A stretch of DNA of 64,000 nucleotides. Source: an uncultured virus (IMG/VR IMGVR_UViG_3300021185_002094). Taxonomy: Duplodnaviria > Heunggongvirae > Uroviricota > Caudoviricetes. Position 1 is the first letter of the stretch. Every line of letters starts with the position of its first letter. The notes beneath the pieces are model-generated. The model did not search any database and was not told where the DNA came from. It was given only the letters and a program-made list of their open reading frames with translations. Both the position numbers and the translations under genes were made by a program. The stretch lies in the IMG/VR virus record IMGVR_UViG_3300021185_002094. The stretch is one strand, 5' to 3'. This document shows positions 44,701-53,711 of the stretch, in pieces.

Positions 44701-47080
44701 CACTTGTAGAAAATCCTATTGTACTATCTGTTCCGAGATCTAAATATGTATCATCTCCCCCAGCAGTATACCATATTTTTCCTCCAGTGGCAAATCTAAA
44801 TTCTTGAGTAGGATAAGAATCGTTAGTACCCACTGCCATAAAGATACCAGTTTGGCCATATCCCCAACCTGCTTGTGTTGTACCATTACTTAGAAATGCT
44901 TGTTTATATGCACCTATTACAAAACTTGTTCTATATCCTGAACCATGTGTATTAGATTGTTGAATCCAAGGCATGTATGTATTTTGAGATACACCACGAG
45001 AAGGAACATGAATGATGGCATTTTTCTCGGAATGACCTATACCAGCAAGAGTAGTTTCATCATAAGAAGAACTATTATTAATAGTGATGGGCTTATTCAT
45101 CCTCATCTCAGTATTTAACCACTTAACAACTTCACTATTTCCAGCAACTACTCTTGCTTGATTGGCTGCAGGAAATTGAAAATATGTATCTGTATCACCA
45201 GCATGTCTTAGTTTGCTTGGTATATTGACTTCACCTGTAAATGTTGGGTTGTCAATTGGAGCCAAACCTGAAGTATCTGGAATCGTTGGGGTACCAGTAA
45301 AGTTCCCATATGCTAAGTAGTAAGAGCCATGTTCTCCATCAAGTTTATCAGCATCTAATCCTGAATTTGCACCATCATTATTAGAACCCCATACAGTTCC
45401 TATGTTGGTGTTTATTGTAGTTCTTGCTGTTTCTCCAGCTCCTACTATTTGGAAATTTTTGCCAGACTGAAGTGTATGTACTCTGATATGTCCTTGATAG
45501 TTGTCTACTGCAAATGATGAATATACTCCACCTGTTGGAGCACCGAAGTTTAATTCACCACCTTCATTACCACTTGTTCCTGCTAATATTGGTGTATTAT
45601 TAAATGTTATTGTACCGGTTGCTGTATCATTTGCATCACTTCTTAAATATTTACTTTGTGTTGAAGATGATGTTAAGTAACCAGCACTTGCGTGGTTACC
45701 CCAACCGTGTGCAGTATTCCAGTTAGTAGAGTTACCACCAGTTGCTGTTACAGTTCCTGCAAAGTTAGCATTACCCGTATTAGTTACTTGGAATGCATTT
45801 GTAGTAAATGGTGCAGTTGTACTAGCTGCAGTCTCTGCGGCCTTCTCTGTTCGACCGTAAGCAAATATGTTGTCTGCAATTACAATGGCACCATGGTTAT
45901 TTGCACCATTACCTGATGCTTTTACAGTTAAGAAGTCTCCTATGGTGGAGTTATAACTATTTTTTATAACATCCTGAACCGCATGAGTATTCCAGGCGGT
46001 AATATTAACTTTTAAAAGACTGCCACTGGAATTAACTTGGAAGTAATCATCTGTTCGTGTTTGGCCTGTAAAATTTGAATGTCCTGATGAATCCAAATTT
46101 AATCTCATTACACCACCAGTAGAAAACTGTAATGAGTTAGAGCTTCCTCTATACATACCCGTATCTGTATCACCAGAAAATGTATGACTAGGTGCCGCAT
46201 TTGTGCCATTGCCAGTATATAATATTCCACTAAAGTAAGCATCATTAAATCTTTCAGAACTTCTACCTAAATTGACTTCACCATCTACACCACTTCCTTC
46301 TTTTAATGGTGATATTGTAGGAGTTGTTCCTCCAGCACCCCATAGAAGTAATCCTGCTCCACCACCTGTTGTAGCGGTTACTTTAAAATTATCTGTCGAT
46401 TCTATACTAAGTTCACCTCTTTGAGTACCAGAATTAGATACTTTAATTGTACCATTAGCATCAATGCCACTGCCACTAACTGTTAATCTTCTTGTACTTC
46501 CATAAACAACTTGGAAATTACCTGCAGAGTTTGTTGTTAAATCATCTGGCGATTCGTATATTTTTATGTTTGACCAAGTGACTCCTTCATTTGGCCCAGG
46601 GTCTGCCATTTGAATCGCATTAACACCAATAATATTATTGTTATTCATGTTAAGCATATTACCAGCACTACTATTACTCATTGTGAGTGTACCACTTATA
46701 TCGGCATTTCCATTAATATCTAATGACGTTCCAAGTATCCCAGCTGCTTGGAAGTTAGCCGCGGCCAATGATAAATTACCAGTAGCAGTACCATCTGCAG
46801 TTGTACTAGCAACAATAACTTTATCTGCGCTTTCGTCCCAACCAATAAATATATTATTACCAGTTGAACCTCTTTCTAAAATTAAACCAGTATCATTAGC
46901 ATTAGCGCCAGTTAATCCAGCATTTAATTCTATTAAATGATCGTTGATTGATGTGTTAGTAGAATTGATGGTTGTCGCAGTTCCTGTAATTGTAACACTG
47001 CCTGTTACAGTTAAATCACCAGTGGTGACATCATCTAATACTAATACCTTGTTTCTCAGTGAACCTGCAATAGTAGCCAT
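41792..47080 (-). CDS. Long tail fibre-like protein with C-terminal peptidase S74 autocleaving chaperone
   Basis: G/S/T/N-rich repeats; SDRKLKKNI...GFIAQEVE...VNY...LVEAIKE. Confidence 0.88.
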   Translation of the reverse strand: MATIAGSLRNKVLVLDDVTTGDLTVTGSVTITGTATTINSTNTSINDHLIELNAGLTGANANDTGLILERGSTGNNIFIGWDESADKVIVASTTADGTATGNLSLAAANFQAAGILGTSLDINGNADISGTLTMSNSSAGNMLNMNNNNIIGVNAIQMADPGPNEGVTWSNIKIYESPDDLTTNSAGNFQVVYGSTRRLTVSGSGIDANGTIKVSNSGTQRGELSIESTDNFKVTATTGGGAGLLLWGAGGTTPTISPLKEGSGVDGEVNLGRSSERFNDAYFSGILYTGNGTNAAPSHTFSGDTDTGMYRGSSNSLQFSTGGVMRLNLDSSGHSNFTGQTRTDDYFQVNSSGSLLKVNITAWNTHAVQDVIKNSYNSTIGDFLTVKASGNGANNHGAIVIADNIFAYGRTEKAAETAASTTAPFTTNAFQVTNTGNANFAGTVTATGGNSTNWNTAHGWGNHASAGYLTSSSTQSKYLRSDANDTATGTITFNNTPILAGTSGNEGGELNFGAPTGGVYSSFAVDNYQGHIRVHTLQSGKNFQIVGAGETARTTINTNIGTVWGSNNDGANSGLDADKLDGEHGSYYLAYGNFTGTPTIPDTSGLAPIDNPTFTGEVNIPSKLRHAGDTDTYFQFPAANQARVVAGNSEVVKWLNTEMRMNKPITINNSSSYDETTLAGIGHSEKNAIIHVPSRGVSQNTYMPWIQQSNTHGSGYRTSFVIGAYKQAFLSNGTTQAGWGYGQTGIFMAVGTNDSYPTQEFRFATGGKIWYTAGGDDTYLDLGTDSTIGFSTSGTERLSITDSGLSVAGSLGVTNIVTNKVVKFNGSILDDSNITDTGSLITLGSTTTVSGNISATQVLATSNGAGTNFKVGDDAWIGDINVANTIRISGAQNANNGYISFGNSSNTALGRAGSGQLTWGSDEIYHEGHKPTYSELGTMAYSNLTGTPTIPNISGLLPKAGGEMTGSLTIDVDNQSGGALRIEANQTNPNNDFYFAQEMYSTLSGSTATTSDREQGGIYLDLNSSATGGDTSNEHRVYGVYLDVDTTGDADLVYGVYSNVAATPTTGQTTNVYGGYFFAEDNGGAGAVQNVYGVMGVAQSDNAASDTDTMYGLYGRAVNTGDSQFVTTARGVYGEVEIAADGGDKFGTTYVFESQYDNNSGVAQTHTAALYYGNYAGTLPTTPFGVYIADEVPNKFNGTLQSGVGGVNRVSYGFNDDLNTGMYSPANHELGFTTNGVQRLKLTTSETVVNDGSNDYNFRVESNNNDAMIFVDGGTDKVSIGTSDAGSMDGRFTVQGAGISGTDGDIKVHACIAGSRHHLDIEEERTANTSDWQNTIYRLGMRVDNTDHQAIEFYSDGNSAEHIDIRTGNRVFNTRFTHDGKVGIGTSSPGTKLDVTGAIKGTEFDLPSGGMLDWANGDARIVEGLVNNYSLSFQTYDGSNVSTALRLDGNNDATFGGTGKFQGNYSTSNNTLNLLGDSNGSGVGITFSDNGTPAVSNSGQRGYLSYYHGDGASYGSGNAFIFNSSESTLSVVVKGKLMFDEGLYVDPTSGTGAGTQLMTSSGKLTNAALQEDLRPTPSGSSGGTYTGNTPLSSAGSAFIKYQNQNFTGVPGLIQFYISGSTQTNSETSTYLKHQFEHDGDAHHDGDVIAFSTTTGSDRKLKKNIRDLEGSLDKTLKLRGVKFDWKDENKANDQLGFIAQEVEEVLPEVVKEVKTLTEKDDTHLTVNYPAVVPLLVEAIKEQQSLINRLEERLNNLENKLGEK

Positions 47081-48817
47081 CTAAAATTTTCTCCCTCTAA
47101 TTTTTCTTCTTACAATTTTTGTTGGAATATCAGCCGTTGATAAACCTGTATATAATATTCCGTATGTTACTTGATCTTTATCAAATGACATTTTATATGG
47201 TGCTTTATCTGGACCTCCAGTTGCAACATATTTTATTTTTAACTGAGTGCCTGAACTTGAGAAAGTATGCACACTATTCGCAGTGTAACTTTCATAAGTT
47301 GACCCATTGTTATTACTTACCATTATTGTTAATGAATGTCCTCCAGTAATAAAATGTCCATGAGTAGCTACGTGAACAAAATCAATATTTTGACTTGTAT
47401 CAGTCATTTGAAATGTTCCAAACTCAACAGACCAGTTTCCTATTAATTGATTTCCGTATGTATCTGACCAAACTTTAAATGAATGACCATTACCACCATA
47501 ACCCGTTTTTACCCACCACTTTGTTCCGTTTGCTGATTTCATTCTAAACATTGGATTACAGTAATCAGCATAATATGTAGAACCTCTTCCACCGGTTGTT
47601 GTATCTTCTGTTCTTTCTTCTACTCTCATTAGTGCAACAATATTATCGTTATCAAAATCAACCCAACCACCCATCTGATATTTACCGCGGTCTGCACAAA
47701 CAGGCATATACCATGGATAACTTGGCATTCTATCAATCCAATCAGCACTATTACTTGTAGTTTGACGAGATGTTCCTGTTCTAACCAAAACACCAGGAGC
47801 AAACTTTAAACCATTAGAGCTGTTATCAGTCCAAATAGTCTTTGTAATAGTAGGAGCATTACCTGATAAACACGGAGTAATATCCACATATACAGCTCTA
47901 CTATTTGCACCAATAACTATTTTATTTGGATAATTTACTGGATCTGGAACAAAAACTCCTTGTTCATATCCATCATCACCCGCTCCAGCATCTCCTAAAT
48001 CACACCATATAATTTTTGGATTTGCAGTTGAAGCGTCATCAACAACAACAAAATTAGCATTATAATAAAAGTTATAAAATACTCTGTCGTTTATTTCATC
48101 GTATGCAATATATCCACGATAGCCATTTCTATCTATAGCAGCACTACCTGAATATAAATCACTTGAACCTGATTCACCACTTAATAATTCTTCTGTATCA
48201 TTTGTCCAATGCCTTCTTGGAATTTTTTTATAATGACTTGCATCGTAATCTAATATATACAACCAATCCCCAGCTGTAACAGTTCCAGATGCATAGTATA
48301 ATCCTGATCTATCAATATTTACTCCATTACTAAAAACATATTGCGATGAAGGTCTTGTATTTACAACATTATTTGTAGAAGTAGACGAATCTTTAATATC
48401 ACTATAATCAACCATTGAATAACCATTAACATTATGAGTTGTTAAACAAATCTGACTTGATCCAGCATGAAATGCCATTGAGTTAATATGGTTATATGTA
48501 GATGTTGTATCTCTAAATAATGCATTATTATCGTGCCATAATTTAGTCATCGAACCATCGTTATTTAATCTTCTGATCGCAGCACCATCACCCCAACCAG
48601 TTGTTAGTAATAAGTCTCCATCTACACCATAAGCACCTTGCCCAATAACTCTGTCTCCGCCATCATATTCTCCCGAACTACTACTAGTAGTAGCATTTGA
48701 AAGTCCAGCCTTTTGTACTGGAACAATACAACACGTACCCATAGCTTCGCTCATCATAGCGCCAGTTATGGATGATATATTACTTCTCTCTAATTTTGTA
48801 TTCTTAATTTCTGACAT
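47081..48817 (-). CDS. Putative virion/receptor-binding protein, beta-rich
   Basis: 578 aa rich in aromatic residues and Asp, inside the fibre block; family not recognised. Confidence 0.55.
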   Translation of the reverse strand: MSEIKNTKLERSNISSITGAMMSEAMGTCCIVPVQKAGLSNATTSSSSGEYDGGDRVIGQGAYGVDGDLLLTTGWGDGAAIRRLNNDGSMTKLWHDNNALFRDTTSTYNHINSMAFHAGSSQICLTTHNVNGYSMVDYSDIKDSSTSTNNVVNTRPSSQYVFSNGVNIDRSGLYYASGTVTAGDWLYILDYDASHYKKIPRRHWTNDTEELLSGESGSSDLYSGSAAIDRNGYRGYIAYDEINDRVFYNFYYNANFVVVDDASTANPKIIWCDLGDAGAGDDGYEQGVFVPDPVNYPNKIVIGANSRAVYVDITPCLSGNAPTITKTIWTDNSSNGLKFAPGVLVRTGTSRQTTSNSADWIDRMPSYPWYMPVCADRGKYQMGGWVDFDNDNIVALMRVEERTEDTTTGGRGSTYYADYCNPMFRMKSANGTKWWVKTGYGGNGHSFKVWSDTYGNQLIGNWSVEFGTFQMTDTSQNIDFVHVATHGHFITGGHSLTIMVSNNNGSTYESYTANSVHTFSSSGTQLKIKYVATGGPDKAPYKMSFDKDQVTYGILYTGLSTADIPTKIVRRKIRGRKF

Positions 48818-48971
48818 CTATTTCTCTTATGCATTCTTCTATATGATCTCTTAATAATTCTATTAAAGTATCATCTGGCTTTTCCATGGCCAATTCTTGT
48901 TCTAAACATTCTTCGTAATCGGCTTTTCTTCTTTCCCAAAACTCTAGTGTTTCTGATTCAATATTAGACAC
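48804..48971 (-). CDS. Small acidic helical protein (55 aa)
   Basis: Not in track. GTG start with GGAG SD: MSNIESETLEFWERRKADYEECLEQELAMEKPDDTLIELLRDHIEECIREIDVRN; overlaps both neighbours; late box at 49028-49035. Confidence 0.7.
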   Translation of the reverse strand: MSNIESETLEFWERRKADYEECLEQELAMEKPDDTLIELLRDHIEECIREIDVRN

Positions 48972-51900
48972 TTACGCACTCCACCCAAAACTGATGATAT
49001 TTTTCCATATCACTGTTACTTATATTATATTTATAAGATGGATTGCTTCCGCTATAAATGAGTGAAGCACCCGATCTAGCTAAATTACTATTTGAAGCCT
49101 CAGCATCTACATAAATTTCTACGTGATCCAAAAATCTTGTATTTGGTAAATTATATTGTATATGATATGTATTTGTATCTGGTACTACTGACATATTTGA
49201 AACATCAAGTGATGGCATACTAAATGATCGAGTAGTAGTTGCAGGTGATGAATAAACACCATTCTTAACTGCATATACTCTATACGCAACTGTTCCACTA
49301 TCGTCAAAAGAAGCATCAACAACACTCATTGATGAGGCAATATCTTCTGGTGGAATTCTAGCAATTAAAGAATAATCCGAACCAGTTGCACCATCACTAT
49401 GAACTTCGTAATGATCCACACCTGTTGTTGCTGATTGAGCAAATACAAGTTCTATTGTTTCGTTTACTACTGATGTTGATGTAATACTTGGTGCGGCAGG
49501 AATATCTAAGATAGCATCACTAATAATACTATCAATAACTTTATAATGACCAGGAGCTAATGTTGCCGTATGTAATTCAACGGCCGCTCCAGTTGGTGCA
49601 GTAGTAACGTATGTATTATTACCATGCCAATCTATAAGATTTCCTGTACCATTACTATTACCGTGAATAGTTGCTTCTACATCAACATGAGCATACTTAG
49701 GAACTACAATATAAACATCATAGTTAATATATCCGCTTCCTCCAGTTTGTTTAACAATTCTTACACCACCATTTGATGATGCAACATCAATTGTACCATT
49801 AACAGAGATATTTCCAGAATTATTATCCTCTCTACCAAAAATTGCTAAATCAAATTTACCAGTACCATAACTTTCTACATGGTTTGCCAAAGTACCTTTT
49901 ATTGTAATTCCTGAATTTCCTTTGTTGACTGTTGCAATTTTATAATATCTAATTGTTGTACCCAAATTGCCAACATCATCAATTCTAAAATGTTTCTTCA
50001 TAGTAGATTCAATTCTACCATCAGTTCTAAAGAATATTCTTTCGCCATTATTAATGATGAATTTCATGTCAAGGCTATTACCGCATGAGATCCATTGCTG
50101 TGAGTTACCCCAAATAAGTTTTTGGCCGCTATCTAATATGAAATTTCCGCTATTTGTATATACATTTCCAACAACATGTAGAGGATATAAAGGAGTACTT
50201 GTCCCAATACCAACTCTATCAGTACTACCATCAACAAGAAGCATATTCTGTTTATTATTAGACTCAACTCTAAAGTCATAAGAAGAGCCGCCATCATTGA
50301 TAACAGTCTCGCTGTCTCTTACTTCAATCCTTTCTGTACCACCAGTAACAACTCTCCATAAATTATTACCATGGAATCCAAAGTATGTATCTGTATCTCC
50401 CGCGTGTTTTATATTTGCAGTAATAGTTACATCTGCGCCTTGAACTTCTAAATTTCCAGAAAGAGTAGTATTTCCACTGCCACTGATTACAAGTCTATCT
50501 GTGTTATCAGTTTGAAGTGCCAAGTTTCTTGAGGTACTATCATGGCCAATCTCAAGGCCAGTATTATCCATGTTAAATGTAGTATTATATCCACTTGTAG
50601 AATTTGCTTGAAAATCGAAATGCGCATTACTCCCAATATCAAATCCAACTGCCGTTGTATTATTTGGTGCACTTACTGTTAATTTATGTGCTGGATTATT
50701 AGTGCCGATACCAATATTACCTCTGCCGGTAATAATCATTTTATCTGATTCTGTACCGCCGTCAGTAGTAGAAAATATTAAGTTAGAAGCCGCTTCATCA
50801 TTATCGCCATAAGTAGTATCATTGACAGTAGCCATTCTTATTCTGGCTTCATTAGTATTATTATTTCCGTCTTGGAATTTAAATGCTAATGCAATAGCAG
50901 ATGGAGTAGTACCAAAGTCAACTATATTACCTTCGAGTTTTAAAAGGTCGGTTGTAGTATTATTTAATGATGTTGCATCTTCATATATGTGTAACAGAGA
51001 GCTCGGATTGGTTAAACCAATACCAATGTTACCAGCAAAATCTACTGTCATTCTATCTAAATTATTTGTTCTAAGTCTAAAGTCATGTGCACTAAAGTTA
51101 CCAGTGGAACTAAAGTCTCCATCCATTCCAACTCTTGTTTGATATTCTACTGTTGTGCCATTATTACCATGATCTGCATATCTTCTATCGAGAACACCAC
51201 CAGTATTGTTTCTATATGTTGATGTGAAGGTGCCATCATTATGAACAGAAATTAAATCACTAGCGCCTTGACCAATATGTAGTTGGTCTGCATTTAGTGT
51301 ACCTGTAACTAATAACCCCCATGACTGTGTTTTTGCTTTTTCAGAACCATAAGATTTTAATATAGTAGCGCCAGTACCTCCATCCAATACAATATATTCG
51401 GCTAAGCCACCACTTCCATTATCTGAACGTAAAATAAGATTTCCGTCATCTACATTTTGATCAATATATAATACACCTTGTTGATTATTGATAATACTAT
51501 TAGTACCATCATGATATAGTGTCATATCAGCATTGTCACCAAACTGAGCTTTGGACATATCTTTCCAAGTCCAGTTAGCTATAATGTTTTCATCTATATT
51601 CTTTTCAGCAAAGTAGGTACCACTTTCTGAATAATCGTAAGCAAATAATTGATTTATTCTTAAACTTGTAGATGCAAAATTTGTAAGAGTATATCTTACA
51701 GCATTAGTATTAGTACCATTACCTCCATGATAATGATTGACTACAGCTAATGGAAAGTCATCTACATCATAAATAGTAGACCAATTTGTGCCACCATCGG
51801 TTGATCTTTCTATTTTTATATCCCTTGCTCTAAAGCTATCATTACCAAATTGTATTCCATAATATTGGCCATAGGATAGTTGAATACCAACAATCGTTAT

Positions 51901-53649
51901 AACTATAGTATCTGTAGTTCCAGCAACAACAGTCGCACTAGAAAAATCACCCCTTGAGGAGAACATTTGAGTACCTAAACTTATATTACTTCCATTCTTA
52001 GTAGTAGTAACAGTGAATTTTTTATTTGCACCTGCGAGTTGGTTAGGTGAAGTTCCAGGAATATAAAAATGTCTATAAGCATTTTCAAAGGCTGAGTTTG
52101 CAGTAAATCCGCCTATTATAGTAGAACTAAGGTCTAAATCACTGGCTGATGCAGTGTTTCCTGAGAACGTACCTCTTGCTAATGTTAACTCGCCAGATGC
52201 AGAAGTTTGAGCTCTTCTTAAAATTAAATCTTCGTTGTGAGATGTAATAATACCGGTATCAACTTGAATCTGCTTATTAAAATAGAAATTACTTCTATCT
52301 GTTAAGAAGTGAGCATGAGCTGCATTACCTGGTCCGATTTGTATATAACCGTATGCAGTTGTGTTTCTTAAATAATTACCATCACTTGATTGATAGTTAG
52401 CAGTTGTTCCACTTAGATATAATCTACCGCCAGTTCTTGTATCAGCTGATTCATCTACACTAAATAAATCTGTACTTCCTGCTGTATCTTTTCTTACTCT
52501 AAATCTTCTATCTGTATTATTATTGTTAGAGTCGATATGCATGATGATATCGCCAGGAGCATCAAGGAACATTTCCCCTGCTGAACCTCTTCTCATAGAA
52601 GGGTGTGCTGAATTTATTGTGGCATTGGCTGTAGTTACTTCCAATCTTTCTGCAGATACTAATCCACTAAAAGAACCTGTAGTACTAAATACTCCATCCC
52701 ATTTATAGGATGAGTTCCCAAGTGATGCATTATTAGAAGCAGTTGTGTGATGCGGTAATAAACCTCCAGTGGCATAAAATTGTACATTATTACTATCACC
52801 ACTTCTAGTAAAATAAGTATTACCAAATCTTAATTTTTGGGTTGATGTAAATTTAAAATCTTTATTAAGAGTCATTTGAGTATTTGTATTATCCCAAATA
52901 AACTCTGCACCAGCCCCATTAATTATAATACCACCGCCGTCATTCGCAGCTGCAGTTCCATTAACACCCAAAGTAATAGTTTTATCTAAAACATCTAAAT
53001 CTGTTACTGATACCGAATTAATATCGCCAGTAATATTTAGATCTCCAGTAACATTTAAGTCTGCACCAACATCTAAGCTATTATGAACTTCTACATCTCC
53101 AGCATTATGAACTGTAAGTCTTGCTGAGGTGCCACCTGTTCTAATTATGACATCACTTGCATCACTAGTACCAAAGTATAAATTGCCAACTCCTTTGGCC
53201 ATGATTTCATTATTATCCATGGCAATACCGGCAGATGAACTACCTAATAGTAACCACCCATTAGCTAAATTATTCCAACCAACTGTTCCGGTTCCAGTTA
53301 TATTTACCCCTGCACTGGTTGTGGCTAGTTTGGCGACACCTGCATAATATAAATTAACTGCACCATTATCTACAGCACCTATCTTTAATTGTGTTCCTGC
53401 TGAATTTCTTACATAAAAATCAGTTGCATCTATTCTTAAATTACCAGTACCAGTATCTTTTATATAACTATTACTGCCATCATGATAGATTTTTAAATCG
53501 CCACTATTACCAAATTTGGCTTCAACATTATCTAAATAATGTATATGGGATGATGCTGTGACAGCTACGAGCTGTCCTGATGAATTGACTATTAATGAGC
53601 CGCCTACTTCAAGGCCATTCTTTATTCGAAAGTTGTGATCTGTTGCCAT
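48964..53649 (-). CDS. Tail fibre-like protein with C-terminal FN3/Ig-like domains
   Basis: FG...DL.IYHDG and GNIGIG repeats; C-terminal PAAPSI...YRVYAVKNGVYSSP. Confidence 0.75.
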   Translation of the reverse strand: MATDHNFRIKNGLEVGGSLIVNSSGQLVAVTASSHIHYLDNVEAKFGNSGDLKIYHDGSNSYIKDTGTGNLRIDATDFYVRNSAGTQLKIGAVDNGAVNLYYAGVAKLATTSAGVNITGTGTVGWNNLANGWLLLGSSSAGIAMDNNEIMAKGVGNLYFGTSDASDVIIRTGGTSARLTVHNAGDVEVHNSLDVGADLNVTGDLNITGDINSVSVTDLDVLDKTITLGVNGTAAANDGGGIIINGAGAEFIWDNTNTQMTLNKDFKFTSTQKLRFGNTYFTRSGDSNNVQFYATGGLLPHHTTASNNASLGNSSYKWDGVFSTTGSFSGLVSAERLEVTTANATINSAHPSMRRGSAGEMFLDAPGDIIMHIDSNNNNTDRRFRVRKDTAGSTDLFSVDESADTRTGGRLYLSGTTANYQSSDGNYLRNTTAYGYIQIGPGNAAHAHFLTDRSNFYFNKQIQVDTGIITSHNEDLILRRAQTSASGELTLARGTFSGNTASASDLDLSSTIIGGFTANSAFENAYRHFYIPGTSPNQLAGANKKFTVTTTKNGSNISLGTQMFSSRGDFSSATVVAGTTDTIVITIVGIQLSYGQYYGIQFGNDSFRARDIKIERSTDGGTNWSTIYDVDDFPLAVVNHYHGGNGTNTNAVRYTLTNFASTSLRINQLFAYDYSESGTYFAEKNIDENIIANWTWKDMSKAQFGDNADMTLYHDGTNSIINNQQGVLYIDQNVDDGNLILRSDNGSGGLAEYIVLDGGTGATILKSYGSEKAKTQSWGLLVTGTLNADQLHIGQGASDLISVHNDGTFTSTYRNNTGGVLDRRYADHGNNGTTVEYQTRVGMDGDFSSTGNFSAHDFRLRTNNLDRMTVDFAGNIGIGLTNPSSLLHIYEDATSLNNTTTDLLKLEGNIVDFGTTPSAIALAFKFQDGNNNTNEARIRMATVNDTTYGDNDEAASNLIFSTTDGGTESDKMIITGRGNIGIGTNNPAHKLTVSAPNNTTAVGFDIGSNAHFDFQANSTSGYNTTFNMDNTGLEIGHDSTSRNLALQTDNTDRLVISGSGNTTLSGNLEVQGADVTITANIKHAGDTDTYFGFHGNNLWRVVTGGTERIEVRDSETVINDGGSSYDFRVESNNKQNMLLVDGSTDRVGIGTSTPLYPLHVVGNVYTNSGNFILDSGQKLIWGNSQQWISCGNSLDMKFIINNGERIFFRTDGRIESTMKKHFRIDDVGNLGTTIRYYKIATVNKGNSGITIKGTLANHVESYGTGKFDLAIFGREDNNSGNISVNGTIDVASSNGGVRIVKQTGGSGYINYDVYIVVPKYAHVDVEATIHGNSNGTGNLIDWHGNNTYVTTAPTGAAVELHTATLAPGHYKVIDSIISDAILDIPAAPSITSTSVVNETIELVFAQSATTGVDHYEVHSDGATGSDYSLIARIPPEDIASSMSVVDASFDDSGTVAYRVYAVKNGVYSSPATTTRSFSMPSLDVSNMSVVPDTNTYHIQYNLPNTRFLDHVEIYVDAEASNSNLARSGASLIYSGSNPSYKYNISNSDMEKYHQFWVECVSV

Positions 53650-53699
53650 GTGTTCTCCGTTTCACTGTCCACGGGTAATTTTATATAATACTATTTATA
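53650..53699 (-). promoter_or_regulatory. Late promoter and SD-overlapping hairpin
   Basis: TATAAATA 53692-53699; CCGT-GGACAGTGAA-ACGG overlapping the GGAG SD. Confidence 0.65.
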
Positions 53700-53711
53700 C
53701 AAATAAGTTAC

